Assembly (NCBI GenBank): GCA_001788295.1
Contig: MGBO01000007.1
Span: forward strand, 14,263 to 78,262
Direction: 5' to 3'
Source: Candidatus Roizmanbacteria bacterium RIFOXYC1_FULL_41_16
GTDB taxonomy: Bacteria > Patescibacteriota > Microgenomatia > UBA1406
Length of the DNA stretch: 64,000 nt
Below the pieces are notes generated by a model. That model made no database searches. It saw only the letters and a list, made by a program, of their open reading frames with translations, and was not told where the DNA came from. The first letter of the stretch is position 1; every line of letters begins with the position of its first letter. A program made the position numbers and the translations under genes. This document shows positions 9,126 through 20,700 of this stretch, piece after piece.

Positions 9126-9841
9126 GAAAAGAAAATAATAGTTGTCGTTTTTGCCATCCTGAAAGGTTCCCTAGTCGCTATTTTGAAAAATATGGATTAG
9201 ATTATTTAGATGAATATCCAATTTATAATTCAGAACAAATAACAGTAATTCCAGATGTGTTACCAGGCAATCCAAATTTTCATGGTTTAATTGTTCCAAA
9301 GATACACAAACATGCTTTTGCACAAATTTCCAATTTACAGAACGAAGTAGCTGAAATTGCTTGCAGATTTGAACGTTTATTTAATAGACCGCCGGCTTTT
9401 TTTGAGCATGGCGGTGGAAGTAAGCAGCAAGAATCGAATATACAGTCTGTTTACCATGAACATATGCATGCTCTAGATCCTGAGGGCTTAGACGTTATTC
9501 CAATAATGGCTCATTTTTTAAGCCAGCAGGGAATAAGACCAAGAATATTTAATTATTGGGATCAATCTGATCCAAGTCCAATTTTTGAGCTTAAAGGTCT
9601 TTATCGAGGCTACCCATATTTATATGTAAAACATGGGCGTTGGGGATTATGGATTGACGATCCAGACGATAATCTCCCTTCTCAACTTACACAGCGGTTT
9701 ATGCACTCGGTTTTTAGCGGCACTACCGAATTAAATTGGAAAGAGATTCCCGTAAATGGTGAATTTGAGAAACTAAGTGTACATAGAATTAAGAATATGA
9801 TTGATCGGCTTCATCAATGTGAACAAGAAGGGAAATTTTGA
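9122..9841 (+). CDS. HIT (histidine triad)-like nucleotide hydrolase/transferase
   Basis: HGLIVPKIHKHAF and the histidine triad YHEHMHAL (H-x-H-x-H-x-x). Confidence 0.6.
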   Translation: MRKENNSCRFCHPERFPSRYFEKYGLDYLDEYPIYNSEQITVIPDVLPGNPNFHGLIVPKIHKHAFAQISNLQNEVAEIACRFERLFNRPPAFFEHGGGSKQQESNIQSVYHEHMHALDPEGLDVIPIMAHFLSQQGIRPRIFNYWDQSDPSPIFELKGLYRGYPYLYVKHGRWGLWIDDPDDNLPSQLTQRFMHSVFSGTTELNWKEIPVNGEFEKLSVHRIKNMIDRLHQCEQEGKF

Positions 9842-9844
9842 AAA

Positions 9845-11104
9845 CTAGAGGGCCAAAAAGGGAATGTGCATTTCCTCGGGGGTGAGGCCGCCGTGATGGC
9901 CAAAATATTTTTGCTCAAACTTGTCTTTTTCGTACCACCAAACTGCTTGACCGGCATAAGGCAGAATTACCAAATTAGACAGGCGGTCTTTGAGCTGTTT
10001 GTCGACCTTCTGGCCAAAAAGGCCTTGTTCGATCAGATCCCTGATTTCGTAAATTTCCGCTTTTCCCTGTAACTTTTGTTGCAGGATTTTTTTGAGTATG
10101 GGCAGGGCGGCTTCTTTGCTATAAACAAACATATCGCGGCAGGAACCGGCCGGAACCAAAAGTTGTTTTTTACGATTGGTTTGCAAATATTGATCGATAT
10201 TTTTTATTTTTTTGTTTAAATAAAAAGTTTTATCCGGACTGACTTTGGTCATGCCATGATCAGCCGACAGCAGAATAGTTAGATTTTTCTCACTTTTCAC
10301 AGATTGATAAAAAAGAGCCTCCAGTGCCGTAAATAAATTATGGATTTCGGCCTGATGAACCAAAGAACTCGGGCCTTCGACATGTCCGGAAGTATCTACA
10401 GCATCATAATAATAAAAATAATAAGCCGGTCCGGTCGAATTAAGAATAGTTTGCGACATTAGAGTTAAACCATGAGCCAGTGAACGATAAGGGAAAACTT
10501 GAGTTGCGCCTTGAAAAACGACATCTGAAAAGGCCGAGGGCGTGTAGTCTTTATATTGAAAAATATAAGATTTGACTTTATGTTTAGCCAAATCTTTATA
10601 AATAGTTTTTTTGGGATAGATTTCTTTGGGTTTAATATCAGCCAGTTGTAATGTGTCTCGCTCTTTTTTGCCGGCAAAAGAAAATAGCAATGGGGCAATA
10701 ATGGCGTCTACTTTGGGTTCGTAATAGAACCATTCAAATAAGCCACTTTGGCCAATCGGCAAGCCAGTATGAATGGTCGTCACATGAGCCGAAGTAGTTG
10801 AAGGAAACTGGCTGGTAAGCTTGGAAACAACTCCTTGAGTAAGAAAACGTTTTAAAAACGGGTATTTTGAATGATGTTTTTGCCAGAATTCCCAACCAAA
10901 ACTGTCGATGAACAGAAAAACAACCTTGCGGGAAGATTTTTTTGGTAAAACATCTTGAGGTAAGGGTTTTTGATTAGGAGCCAGTAATAGGCTTTTGATT
11001 GTGTCGGGAATATTGGCAAAACAATAAGATTCTGACAAGGGCTTGACAAAATGGCTGGAAAACTTAGCCGCATTCACGGCCTTAATTGATTTCTGATTGA
11101 GCAT
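9845..11104 (-). CDS. alkaline-phosphatase-superfamily type I phosphodiesterase / nucleotide pyrophosphatase-like protein
   Basis: FLFIDSFGWEFW, FPSTTSAHVTTIHTG, YYDAVDTSGHVEGP and LLSADHGM. The ORF extends to 11203, but that would run across the ftsK start, so the internal ATG at 11104 (MLNQKS) is preferred. Confidence 0.7.
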   Translation of the reverse strand: MLNQKSIKAVNAAKFSSHFVKPLSESYCFANIPDTIKSLLLAPNQKPLPQDVLPKKSSRKVVFLFIDSFGWEFWQKHHSKYPFLKRFLTQGVVSKLTSQFPSTTSAHVTTIHTGLPIGQSGLFEWFYYEPKVDAIIAPLLFSFAGKKERDTLQLADIKPKEIYPKKTIYKDLAKHKVKSYIFQYKDYTPSAFSDVVFQGATQVFPYRSLAHGLTLMSQTILNSTGPAYYFYYYDAVDTSGHVEGPSSLVHQAEIHNLFTALEALFYQSVKSEKNLTILLSADHGMTKVSPDKTFYLNKKIKNIDQYLQTNRKKQLLVPAGSCRDMFVYSKEAALPILKKILQQKLQGKAEIYEIRDLIEQGLFGQKVDKQLKDRLSNLVILPYAGQAVWWYEKDKFEQKYFGHHGGLTPEEMHIPFLAL

Positions 11105-11147
11105 TAAGCGTATATTATACAAATTTTTTGTATAATCTTTCCTAGAT

Positions 11148-13265
11148 ATGGGTAGACATAAGGCAATTAAATTGCCGTTTTTTAAAATTAAGCTAAAAGC
11201 CAAAACGATTTACGGCATTTTTTCGTTGCTTTTTTTGGCACTTTTTGGATTAACGATCCTTTCATTTAATCAGGAGGCCACGCTTCTTAATATGGTTAAC
11301 GAGCAATTACTTTATTATTTCGGCTCTTTGGCTTTCTTATTCACTTTTGTTTTTCTTTTTGCCGCCGGAGCCATGGTTCAGAGTAAGCGTTTCAAGGTGA
11401 TCAAACCTAACTGGTTTTTGGGCTATGTGTTAATCTTTTTTTCTGGTTTGATAGTTGGTGACGCTGGTTATGTCGGGCAATTTTTAAACTATCAGCTAAC
11501 TGTACTATTGTCCCGGCCGGGTACGGTGATCATTTTTATGCTTATTTTTTTGATCGGGGTGTTGATTTTCTTTGAAATCTCTTTGCCGGATTTTGCCAAG
11601 GGAGTGGCTAAATTGTTAGGAGGCCTGTTTAAACAAATTGGTCAGTCATTGGCAAAAATGAAAAAAGAAAAAGGCAAAGCGGCTAAAGACGAAAAGGGTA
11701 TGTTTATCGGCGACAGTTTGTCGGTTGACAAACTGTTGATGAAAAAACCGCCAACCGGTTTGGCTAAAACCTCGGCTATTCCTACCGGAATAGAACCTTT
11801 GTTTAAACCAACAGCGGCTAAGATTAAAGCCGGTGACTGGAAATTCCCATCGTTGTCTTTATTGAGTAATACCCAAGAGGAAGAAGCAGAGCGGGGAGAC
11901 GTTAAGCAACAGGCCAGTGCGATCGAGGAAGCTTTGGAAAGTTTTGGAATCAAAGCGCGGGTCGCCGACATTAATTATGGACCAGCCGTAACCCAGTATG
12001 CTTTGCAGATAGCTAAGGGTGTTAAGTTAAATAAAATCACCTCTCTTTCCAATAATCTGGCTTTGGCTCTCGCTGCTCCTCAAGGATTGATCAGAATTGA
12101 AGCCCCGATTCCAGGCAAAAGCTTAGTAGGAATCGAGGTTCCTAATATTAAGCCACAGGTGGTGCCATTAAGAAAGCTATTAAGCTTGCCGGCCTTTACC
12201 GACCGGACTAATTTATTAAGAGTCCCATTGGGATTAGACGTTTCCGACGTGCCGCAATACATTGATATCAACGCGATGCCTCATATTTTGATTGCCGGAA
12301 CTACCGGTTCGGGTAAGTCTGTGCTGTTGTCTTCCTGGATTGCCACACTTTTATTCCGAACAACACCGGAAGAGCTGAGATTAATTCTGATTGATCCCAA
12401 GCGAGTCACTTTTATGCCCTTTGATGACATTCCTCATTTATTAGTGAACGTGATTACTGATCTTAAAAAAACAGTTTCGGCGCTCAAATGGGCTGTCGAC
12501 GAAATGGAAAAGCGCTATGAGATTTTGGCCAGCCAAAAAACCAAAGACATCTTTTCCTATAATCAGCAAAATCCGGATAACAAATTGCCTTTTATTGTGA
12601 TCGTGATCGATGAATTAGCCGACTTAATGATGTTTGCTTCCAAAGAGGTTGAAGACTCAATTACCAGAATTGCCCAAAAAGCTCGGGCCGTGGGTTTGTA
12701 TCTGGTGATTGCGACTCAGCGACCGAGCGTGGACGTGATCACTGGTTTAATGAAAGCCAATATTCCGGCGCGAATCGCCTTTAATGTTTCTTCGATGATT
12801 GATTCACGGGTTATTATTGACATGCCTGGAGCAGAGAAGCTTTTGGGGCGAGGCGATATGTTGTTTTTGTCGCCAAACAGTTCAAAGCCCACTCGTATTC
12901 AAGGACCGTTTTTGACCGACGCCGAAACTAAAAATTTAGTTGATTTTCTCAAAGCCAGTCAGCCAACAGTTCACTACACCGAGGAAGTGATTCAACAGGC
13001 AGTAAAAACCGTGGTCGACAGTGCCGGAAAAATGCAAGTTAAATCCAGCAATCAGGATCCATATTTTGCCGATGCGGTTAATTTGGTTTGTAGTGCCAAA
13101 AAAGCCTCGGCCTCTCTTTTGCAGCGTCGTTTTTCCATCGGCTATTCTCGAGCGGCCCGAATTTTGGACGAACTCCAGGGCGCAGGGATTGTTGGTCCTC
13201 CGGATGGCTCTAAACCCAGAGAAATCCTCATCAATAATCCTGAGGAAGTCTTAACTCAAGGCTAG
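11148..13265 (+). CDS. ftsK: DNA translocase FtsK/SpoIIIE
   Basis: N-terminal TM helices, Walker A IAGTTGSGKSV, Walker B VIVIDELADL, and a gamma domain (LLQRRFSIGYSRAARILDELQGAGIVGP). Confidence 0.95.
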   Translation: MGRHKAIKLPFFKIKLKAKTIYGIFSLLFLALFGLTILSFNQEATLLNMVNEQLLYYFGSLAFLFTFVFLFAAGAMVQSKRFKVIKPNWFLGYVLIFFSGLIVGDAGYVGQFLNYQLTVLLSRPGTVIIFMLIFLIGVLIFFEISLPDFAKGVAKLLGGLFKQIGQSLAKMKKEKGKAAKDEKGMFIGDSLSVDKLLMKKPPTGLAKTSAIPTGIEPLFKPTAAKIKAGDWKFPSLSLLSNTQEEEAERGDVKQQASAIEEALESFGIKARVADINYGPAVTQYALQIAKGVKLNKITSLSNNLALALAAPQGLIRIEAPIPGKSLVGIEVPNIKPQVVPLRKLLSLPAFTDRTNLLRVPLGLDVSDVPQYIDINAMPHILIAGTTGSGKSVLLSSWIATLLFRTTPEELRLILIDPKRVTFMPFDDIPHLLVNVITDLKKTVSALKWAVDEMEKRYEILASQKTKDIFSYNQQNPDNKLPFIVIVIDELADLMMFASKEVEDSITRIAQKARAVGLYLVIATQRPSVDVITGLMKANIPARIAFNVSSMIDSRVIIDMPGAEKLLGRGDMLFLSPNSSKPTRIQGPFLTDAETKNLVDFLKASQPTVHYTEEVIQQAVKTVVDSAGKMQVKSSNQDPYFADAVNLVCSAKKASASLLQRRFSIGYSRAARILDELQGAGIVGPPDGSKPREILINNPEEVLTQG

Positions 13266-13267
13266 CT

Positions 13268-13885
13268 ATGAAAAAACTGACGCAAATTTTTCAGGATCGC
13301 CGCCAGTCGTTACAGATCAAACTTTCCAAAATCAGTCAGGACACTAAGATTCCTCAAGAACAATTGAATAATCTTGAACAAGGAAACTTAACCAATTTTG
13401 GTTCTTATGCCTATTTGCAGGGTGTGGTCAAAAAATATGCCGAATATCTTGGACTTGATCCTGAAGTAATGACCTCTTATTTAAGAAGAGAAATAGAGCA
13501 GCAGCAAGTGAAGTTTATCAGAGTAACAGATTATCAGGTCAATTCACGCTTTCCCTCATTAAACTGGCCGATTTACGCGATTATTTTTCTGGTGGTTTTA
13601 TTTTTTGCTTTGCAACTGTTTCTATCTTGGCAAAAGCCCTTATTAGAGCTTAGGGCTTTGCCAAAAACCATTACGGTCAGTCAACCCCTAGTTATTCGCG
13701 GCCAAACCGAGTCCGGGGTTTTACTCTATCTGAACGACGAGCAGATTTATCAGAACGAAAAAGGGTACTTTTCGGAAAGCCTGTATTTTAAAACACCGGG
13801 TGAGCGTCAATTGATCATCAAAGCCATTGGTGTCAACGGCAAAGAACAAACCGAAAAATTCTCTGTTAATATTAAAGCCGACTAA
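13268..13885 (+). CDS. RodZ-like HTH membrane protein
   Basis: N-terminal HTH-like segment, one central TM helix (IYAIIFLVVLFFALQLFLSW) and a C-terminal beta-rich domain. Confidence 0.55.
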   Translation: MKKLTQIFQDRRQSLQIKLSKISQDTKIPQEQLNNLEQGNLTNFGSYAYLQGVVKKYAEYLGLDPEVMTSYLRREIEQQQVKFIRVTDYQVNSRFPSLNWPIYAIIFLVVLFFALQLFLSWQKPLLELRALPKTITVSQPLVIRGQTESGVLLYLNDEQIYQNEKGYFSESLYFKTPGERQLIIKAIGVNGKEQTEKFSVNIKAD

Positions 13886-13926
13886 ACATAGTTGACTTCT
13901 GGGCCAAAATTTTGCATCATAAAGAT

Positions 13927-14196
13927 ATGAACATTGAAACTTTATATATTGTCATTATTGCTTCGTTATCAATTGCGACTGTTTTGATTACCATTATTGG
14001 TATTCAAACCATTCTGCTTTTAAAAGAAGTCAGAATTATTACCAAAAGAGCCAATAATTTAAGCAATGGTTTAATTAGCATTAGCCAAACAGTGGAACGC
14101 TCTTTGAAAGAAATGAGTACACTGACCGAAGGTGCCCGATTAGTTACCGGTTTGATTAGCAAACTGATTAATCCCAAAAAAAATGACGCAGAATAA
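13927..14196 (+). CDS. small membrane protein (DUF948-like architecture)
   Basis: N-terminal TM helix followed by a coiled segment. The ORF opens with TTG at 13912 and has an ATG at 13927. Confidence 0.5.
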   Translation: MNIETLYIVIIASLSIATVLITIIGIQTILLLKEVRIITKRANNLSNGLISISQTVERSLKEMSTLTEGARLVTGLISKLINPKKNDAE

Positions 14197-14434
14197 TACC
14201 GAAAGCAATCCGGCCCAGAATTTCTTTTCCGGCTTTTTGCTGGGTGCAGTCGTCGCGTCAGCTACTTGTTATTTAACGATGACCAAGTCTGGTCGTAAGG
14301 CGGCTCGGGAGATTTTACGGCGGGCTGAACAATTAGGTGAAGAAGGGGCTGATTTTAAAAAGAAAACAGAAAAAAAGATCGACGGAATCATTGGTAAACT
14401 GAAGCACGAAGTCAGGGCCGTAAAAAAAGGTTGA
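14183..14434 (+). CDS. YtxH-like small membrane protein
   Basis: FFSGFLLGAVVASATCYL, then a charged helix (GRKAAREILRRAEQLGEEG). Overlaps the upstream gene by 14 nt. Confidence 0.55.
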   Translation: MTQNNTESNPAQNFFSGFLLGAVVASATCYLTMTKSGRKAAREILRRAEQLGEEGADFKKKTEKKIDGIIGKLKHEVRAVKKG

Positions 14435-14459
14435 CAAGAAGACTCTGTTCTTATATACT
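14431..14459 (+). promoter_or_regulatory. sigma70-type promoter TTGACA-N17-TATACT upstream of rpoB
   Basis: ttgaca (14431..14436), a 17-nt spacer, tatact (14454..14459). Confidence 0.55.
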
Positions 14460-14488
14460 TACACTTCACAGTTTATAAATGTAAGCCG

Positions 14489-14520
14489 AGCGTACTTGTG
14501 TGTACGCTTTTCTTTTGTTT
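14489..14520 (+). terminator. terminator/attenuator-like hairpin in the rpoB leader
   Basis: agcgtac-ttgtgt-gtacgct followed by tttcttttgttt. Confidence 0.5.
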
Positions 14521-14542
14521 TATTTAGCGGGTCAAACAGTGA

Positions 14543-17500
14543 ATGAAGAAAAATAACTCTTTGTCAACAATAGCCTCCGAAACAAAACGCTTGTTTCTTA
14601 ATAAACAGGCTAGGGCCAGCGATTTTCAAAAACTCGATTTTCTCCATTTTCAAAAAGAATCCTATGACAATTTCTTAAAACACGAATTTGAAACTATTCT
14701 CAAGGAATTTTTTCCGATTGAGGACTATACCAAGAAAAATTGGTTAATGTATTTGAATCAAATCGAATTTGAACCACCCAAAATTACCGAGAAGGCCGCT
14801 TTTGAAAAACAATTGACTTATCAATTTTCGGTTTATCTGAATCTGGAACTGAAAAACAATCAAACCGGTAAAACTAAAACCCAAAAGCTCTATGTTTGTG
14901 ATCTGCCTCAAATGACCTCCCGCGGTACCTTTATTATTAATGGAATCGAAAGATGCGTGATTGGCCAAATTGTCCGGGCGCCGGGAGTCTATTTTACGGC
15001 CGAGCAGGATCGCTCAACTGGCATTACTATTTATAATGCCGAAATTAGGCCTTATATTGGTGCCTGGCTCGATCTTTTTATTGGCAAAACTAAGCAGGTG
15101 GAAGCCAAAATCAATAAGCGCCGTAAATTTCCAGTTACTTTGATTCTAAAGGTTTTTGGAATGACCAAAGACGAGATTTTAAGAGAATTTAGCGATTTAA
15201 AAGAAGATTTATTTAAAGACTATATCTTGAGTACCTTGGAAAAAGACCGTACCGAAACCGCCGAAGAAGCTATTCTCGAGTTATACAAAAAGATCAAGCC
15301 TGGAGAAGCTTTGGTTTTGGAAAATGCCCGCGAGACCATTAACAATCTTTTTTTCAACACCCGCCGCTACTCTTTGGCCAATGTTGGCCGCTACAAAATC
15401 AATAAAAAACTCGGTTTATCCACTAAAATTGAAAAACGTAATTTCTTGCTTTTAAAAGAAGACCTGATTGCCATTGTTAAGTACCTGATCAAAGTTACTC
15501 ACGAGAAAAAAGGTTTTGACAATATCGATCATTTAGGAAATCGTCGGGTTAGGCGAGTCGGCGAGTTACTGGGAATGTATGGAGTCAGAGTGGGTATGAT
15601 GCGAGTGGAGCGTGACACTAAAGAAAGAATGAGTTTGATTCCGCCCACCAGTAATGTTTTACCTTCACAAATGCTTAATCCCAAACCTCTAATTGCCTCA
15701 ATCAATACTTTTATCAAAACCAGCCAGTTGTCGACCATTGTTGATCAGACTAATATTTTGTCAGAATTGGATAACTTACGTCGTTTAACCGTGGGCGGAC
15801 CGGGCGGAATTCAAAAGAATCGCGCCTCGTTCTCCATTCGTGACATTTCACCATCTCAATACGGTCGTATTTGTCCGATCAGAAGTCCGGAAGGACCCAA
15901 TATCGGTGTTGTCACTTATCTGGCGCTTTACGCCAAAATCAACGAATATGGCTTTATGGAAACGCCTTATTTCAAGATTAAGCCAGTTAAACAAGGTCAA
16001 AAAACCAGAATGCAGGTGACAGACGAAATAGTTTATTTTCAGCCAGATGACGAAGAGCAATATTACATTACCCATTCCAATATCAGCAAAGATGCGCATG
16101 GTTTTATTCTTGCCGATCGGGTTCCGGCCCGTCATCAGGGAGAATTCATCGAAGTTCCGGTAGAACAAATCCAATATATCGACGTGTCGCCGCGTCAGGT
16201 CGTTGGTCTATCCGCTTGTTTGATTCCCTTTTTACAAAACGATGACGCCAGCCGTGCCTTAATGGGTACTCACATGCAATGTCAGGCCGTTCCATTGATT
16301 AAGGGTGAAAGTCCTTTGGTGGGAACCGGAATGGAAGGAACTGTCGCCAAGGGTGCCGGTCGTTCCATTGTTGCCGATCAAGACGGTGAAGTGAAATATG
16401 TCGACGCCGAGGAATTAGTTGTCAAAGTTAAAGGTAAGGAACAGAAATTTGCCCTGCAAAAATTTCAACGTACAAACAAAGATACTAGCTTTTCTCAAAG
16501 TCCTAACGTTAGCAACGGACAGAGCTTTAAGAAAGGGACAATTTTGGTAGACGGCCCCAGTACGGTAAACGGTGAGATTGCTTTCGGTCAAAATCTCAAC
16601 GTTGCTTATATGGCCTATGAGGGTTTGGGTTATGAAGACGCGATTGTTATCTCTGAAAGAATCCTTAAAGAAGATTTGTTGACTTCAGTAGTCATTGAAG
16701 AATATAAAGTCGACGTGGTCAATACAAAATTAGGCCCTGAAGAGATTACTCGCGATATTCCCAATGTCCGCGAAGAGGTGTTGGCCAGTTTGGACAAGCA
16801 CGGAATCGCAATTATCGGTTCTCGAGTAAAGGGTGGCGACATTCTCGTTGGTAAAGTGGCTCCCAAAGGTGAAAAAGAATTAACCGCTGAGGAACGTCTA
16901 TTAAAAGCGATTTTTGGTGAAAAAGCCAAAGACGTTCAGGATACTTCGTTAACCATTTCTTATGGTAAAAGTGGAATTGTAACCGATGTTAAAGTGCTAA
17001 CTGAAAAAAATGGCGCCGAACTGGAGCCTGGTGTTTTAAAACGAGTTGTGGTCAAGGTGGCTGAATTAAGAAAAATAATGGTTGGCGACAAGCTGGCCGG
17101 GCGACATGGAAACAAAGGTGTCATTTCCAAGATTGTCCCAGTTGAGGACATGCCTTATCTTGAAGATGGCACTCCGATTGATATTATCATCTCACCATTA
17201 TCTGTAATTTCCAGAATGAATTTGGGCCAGCTGTTTGAAACTTATATTGGTATGGCAGCCAATAAATTAAATACCAAAGTGGCGGCTCCGGTTTTTGACC
17301 AAATTGCCGAAGACACTTTAATCAAACAGATGCAGCTTGCTAATTTGCCTGTCGATGGCAAATTTACCCTGTACGACGGCAAAACCGGCCGACCTTTTGA
17401 AAACAAGGTTATGGTTGGTTATGAATACATTCTCAAATTAGCTCATATGGCCAAAGACAAGATTCATGCCCGTTCAACCGGACCTTATTCCTTGGTTAGT

Positions 17501-17761
17501 CAACAGCCTTTGGGTGGTAAAGCGCAGATGGGTGGCCAGCGTTTTGGTGAAATGGAAGTTTGGGCGCTAGAAGCGCACCGCGCTGCTTATGCTTTACAGG
17601 AAATGCTGACAATTAAGAGCGACGACATTAAGGGCCGAAACCGCTCCTTTGAAGCGATCATCAAAGGCTTGCCGATTCCTGATCCAGGAATTCCGGAATC
17701 TTTTAAGGTTTTAATGAAAGAACTCAACGCCCTCTCTTTAGAAGTTGAAACGATCAAATAA
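14543..17761 (+). CDS. rpoB: DNA-directed RNA polymerase beta subunit
   Basis: 1072 aa; GDKLAGRHGNKGVISKI, GGQRFGEMEVWALEA. Confidence 0.98.
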   Translation: MKKNNSLSTIASETKRLFLNKQARASDFQKLDFLHFQKESYDNFLKHEFETILKEFFPIEDYTKKNWLMYLNQIEFEPPKITEKAAFEKQLTYQFSVYLNLELKNNQTGKTKTQKLYVCDLPQMTSRGTFIINGIERCVIGQIVRAPGVYFTAEQDRSTGITIYNAEIRPYIGAWLDLFIGKTKQVEAKINKRRKFPVTLILKVFGMTKDEILREFSDLKEDLFKDYILSTLEKDRTETAEEAILELYKKIKPGEALVLENARETINNLFFNTRRYSLANVGRYKINKKLGLSTKIEKRNFLLLKEDLIAIVKYLIKVTHEKKGFDNIDHLGNRRVRRVGELLGMYGVRVGMMRVERDTKERMSLIPPTSNVLPSQMLNPKPLIASINTFIKTSQLSTIVDQTNILSELDNLRRLTVGGPGGIQKNRASFSIRDISPSQYGRICPIRSPEGPNIGVVTYLALYAKINEYGFMETPYFKIKPVKQGQKTRMQVTDEIVYFQPDDEEQYYITHSNISKDAHGFILADRVPARHQGEFIEVPVEQIQYIDVSPRQVVGLSACLIPFLQNDDASRALMGTHMQCQAVPLIKGESPLVGTGMEGTVAKGAGRSIVADQDGEVKYVDAEELVVKVKGKEQKFALQKFQRTNKDTSFSQSPNVSNGQSFKKGTILVDGPSTVNGEIAFGQNLNVAYMAYEGLGYEDAIVISERILKEDLLTSVVIEEYKVDVVNTKLGPEEITRDIPNVREEVLASLDKHGIAIIGSRVKGGDILVGKVAPKGEKELTAEERLLKAIFGEKAKDVQDTSLTISYGKSGIVTDVKVLTEKNGAELEPGVLKRVVVKVAELRKIMVGDKLAGRHGNKGVISKIVPVEDMPYLEDGTPIDIIISPLSVISRMNLGQLFETYIGMAANKLNTKVAAPVFDQIAEDTLIKQMQLANLPVDGKFTLYDGKTGRPFENKVMVGYEYILKLAHMAKDKIHARSTGPYSLVSQQPLGGKAQMGGQRFGEMEVWALEAHRAAYALQEMLTIKSDDIKGRNRSFEAIIKGLPIPDPGIPESFKVLMKELNALSLEVETIK

Positions 17762-20700
17762 ATGGAAGAGAACAAGCCTGTGTTGACTAACGCCAGTGCC
17801 TTAGATTTGGATAAACTTTTGGGTAAGAAAAACGAAGAGGTGCTTTTTCGAGCTATCAAAATTTCCCTGTCTTCGCCGGACCAGATTTTAACCAAGTCTC
17901 ACGGTGAAGTCACCAAAGCCGAAACCATCAATTATCGGACCTTTAAACCGGAAAAAGACGGTTTGTTTGATGAACGTATTTTTGGTCCGACCAAAGACTT
18001 TGAATGTTACTGTGGCAAGTATCGACGTATTCGTTACAAAGGGATTGTTTGTGACCGCTGTGGAGTTGAAGTGACTTCATCAAGTGTTCGTCGTGAACGG
18101 ATGGGCCACATTACTTTGGCGGCTCCGGTTGCCCATATCTGGTTTTTCAAAACCACTAGCTCACCCATGTCTTTGATTTTGGGAATTCCGGCTAACGCCT
18201 TGGAGAGAATTATTTATTTTGCTTTGTATTTAACCAAAGGGGTTAAAGACGACAAGCGCAAGGAAGCAGAAAAAGTGATTCGTAGTAAGGAAAAAGAATC
18301 CAAAGTAAATCTTGATGAATGGTACGGCCGTTTGCAAAAGGACTTGAAAGCCTCAGAAGACAAAGAAATCGACCATATCAAGAAAAAAATCACCAATAAA
18401 GATCGACACAGCATTGCCGAATCTGAAACCAGGCATAAATTCAAGCAAAAAAGGTTGACTCTTGCCAACGAATATCAGGATAAAAAAACCATTCAGGAAG
18501 ATTACTATAATCGTTTGGCTAAGCTTGCCAAATCGATCCGGCCAATGGATGTTTTGGAAGAGGACGACTATCTCTCTTTCAGAGAGTTGGGTATTTCTGA
18601 TCTGGTCGAGGTTGGAATGGGAGCCGAAGTGATTTTGGAGGTCTTAAGCTCTCTTGATATGAATAAGTTGATTGCCGATCTAAACAAAAGATTGGCCGCA
18701 ACCAAGGGTGAAGCCAAAACCAAATTGCTAAAAAGAATTAGAGCAGTCGAAGCTTTTGTTAAAGCTAAAATTGAGCCCAAATGGATGACTTTAACCGTTT
18801 TGCCGGTGATCCCTCCGGATTTGCGGCCGATGGTGCAGCTAACCGGTGGGAAATTTGCGACTTCGGACTTGAATGATTTTTATCGAAGAGTAATTAACCG
18901 CAACAACCGTTTACGTCATTTAATTGAGTTAGGAGCTCCTAACATTATTTTGCGCAATGAGAAAAGAATGTTGCAGGAAGCAGTCGATTCTTTGATTGAT
19001 TTGAGCAAAAGCTCAGGTCGGGCTACTCGTGCCGGTGGAGCAGGAATCAAAAAGAAAAAATCCCTATCGGACATTCTGAAGGGAAAACAGGGCCGGTTCC
19101 GTCAGAATTTATTGGGTAAACGTGTCGATTACTCCGGTCGTTCGGTAATTGTGGTTGGTCCGGAACTGAAAATTGACCAGTTCGGTTTACCCAAAGAAAT
19201 GGCTTTGGAGCTTTATAAGCCTTTTATTTTGCGAGATATTATTAATCAAGGCTTTGCGACTAATATTAAGAGTGCCAAAAACTTTTTTGAGAGCAAAGAC
19301 CCGGTGATTTATGATATTTTGGAAAAAGTCGTTGAGAACTATCCGGTTTTGTTGAATCGGGCTCCCACTTTGCATAAATTGAGCATTTTGGCTTTTTATC
19401 CGGTTTTAACCGATGACATTGCCATCCGATTGCATCCGTGTGTTTGTCAGGGTTACAACGCCGATTTCGACGGCGACGCTATGGGTGTGTTTGTCCCATT
19501 GTCAAAAGGCGCAATTGAAGAGGCTAAGAAATATATGTTGCCGAGCGTTAACTTGTTAAAGCCGGCCGACGGATCTCTAATTGCCATTCCTAATAAAGAA
19601 ATGGTATTGGGACTCTATTTCCTAACCAGTCAGAACGAAGACATTACTCCGGACGAGAAGAAACTGTCTGCTTTTGCTAGCGTACAAGAGGTTCGTATGG
19701 CTTATCAGCTTAAAAAAGTCGATCTTAGACAACTCATTTATTTTAAGCATGAAAACGAAGTGGTCAAAACCACTGTCGGCCGTGTCTTTTTAAACGAGAA
19801 ATTACCTTTGGAACTAGGTTTTATTAATACCGTACTTAAAGCGGCCGATGTTAAAGCGCTAACCAAAAGAGCGATGAAAGTGCTTCCACAGGCCAAAGTG
19901 GCTGAATTGATTGATCAGCTCAAAGACTTGGGTTTCTGGGCGGCCACCAAATTTTCCGGCGCTTCTTTTTCAGTGACTGACTGTATCATCTACGACGACA
20001 AGAAAAAAGTGGTTAATGAAGCCGAAACCTCTGCGGCCGAAATTGACAGTAACTATCAGCAGGGTTTGGTGACATTGAATGAGAAAAGAGAATTAATTAA
20101 TAACGTTTGGATTGAAACCACGGAAAAGTTAGCCGACCTGACTTGGGACGCTTATAAAGAGGAAAATCCGGTCAAGGTGATTATTAAATCCGGAGGAGCT
20201 CGGGCTTCCCGTGAACAACTTAAACAGATTTCCGGTATTAAGGGTTTAATTTACGATCCGTTGGGTAAAATTGTGGAAATGCCCACTAAATCCAATTACC
20301 GTGAAGGTTTGACTATTTTTGAATACTTTACCAATACTCGTGGTGCCCGTAAAGGTTTGGCCGACTCGGCCTTAAAAACCGCCGACGCCGGTTATCTAAC
20401 CAGACGTTTGGTTGACGTTGCCCACGACGTCATTGTTAAGGAAGACGACTGTGGTGAAAAAAATGGCATTCTTGTCAGCCGTACCGGAATCCGCGGTGAT
20501 AAATTCAACGAAAGAGTGATCAATCGTTATTTGGCCAAAGATGTTAAAAATGGCAAAAAAGTTCTGTTTAAAGTTAATACTTTGGTGACTGATGAAATTT
20601 TGGCTGAAATTAATCAAGCTAAGATTGAAAAAGTGGAAGTACGTAGTCCTTTGCTTTGTCAAACCAAACGTGGTTTGTGCCGCAAGTGTTACGGTTCGGA

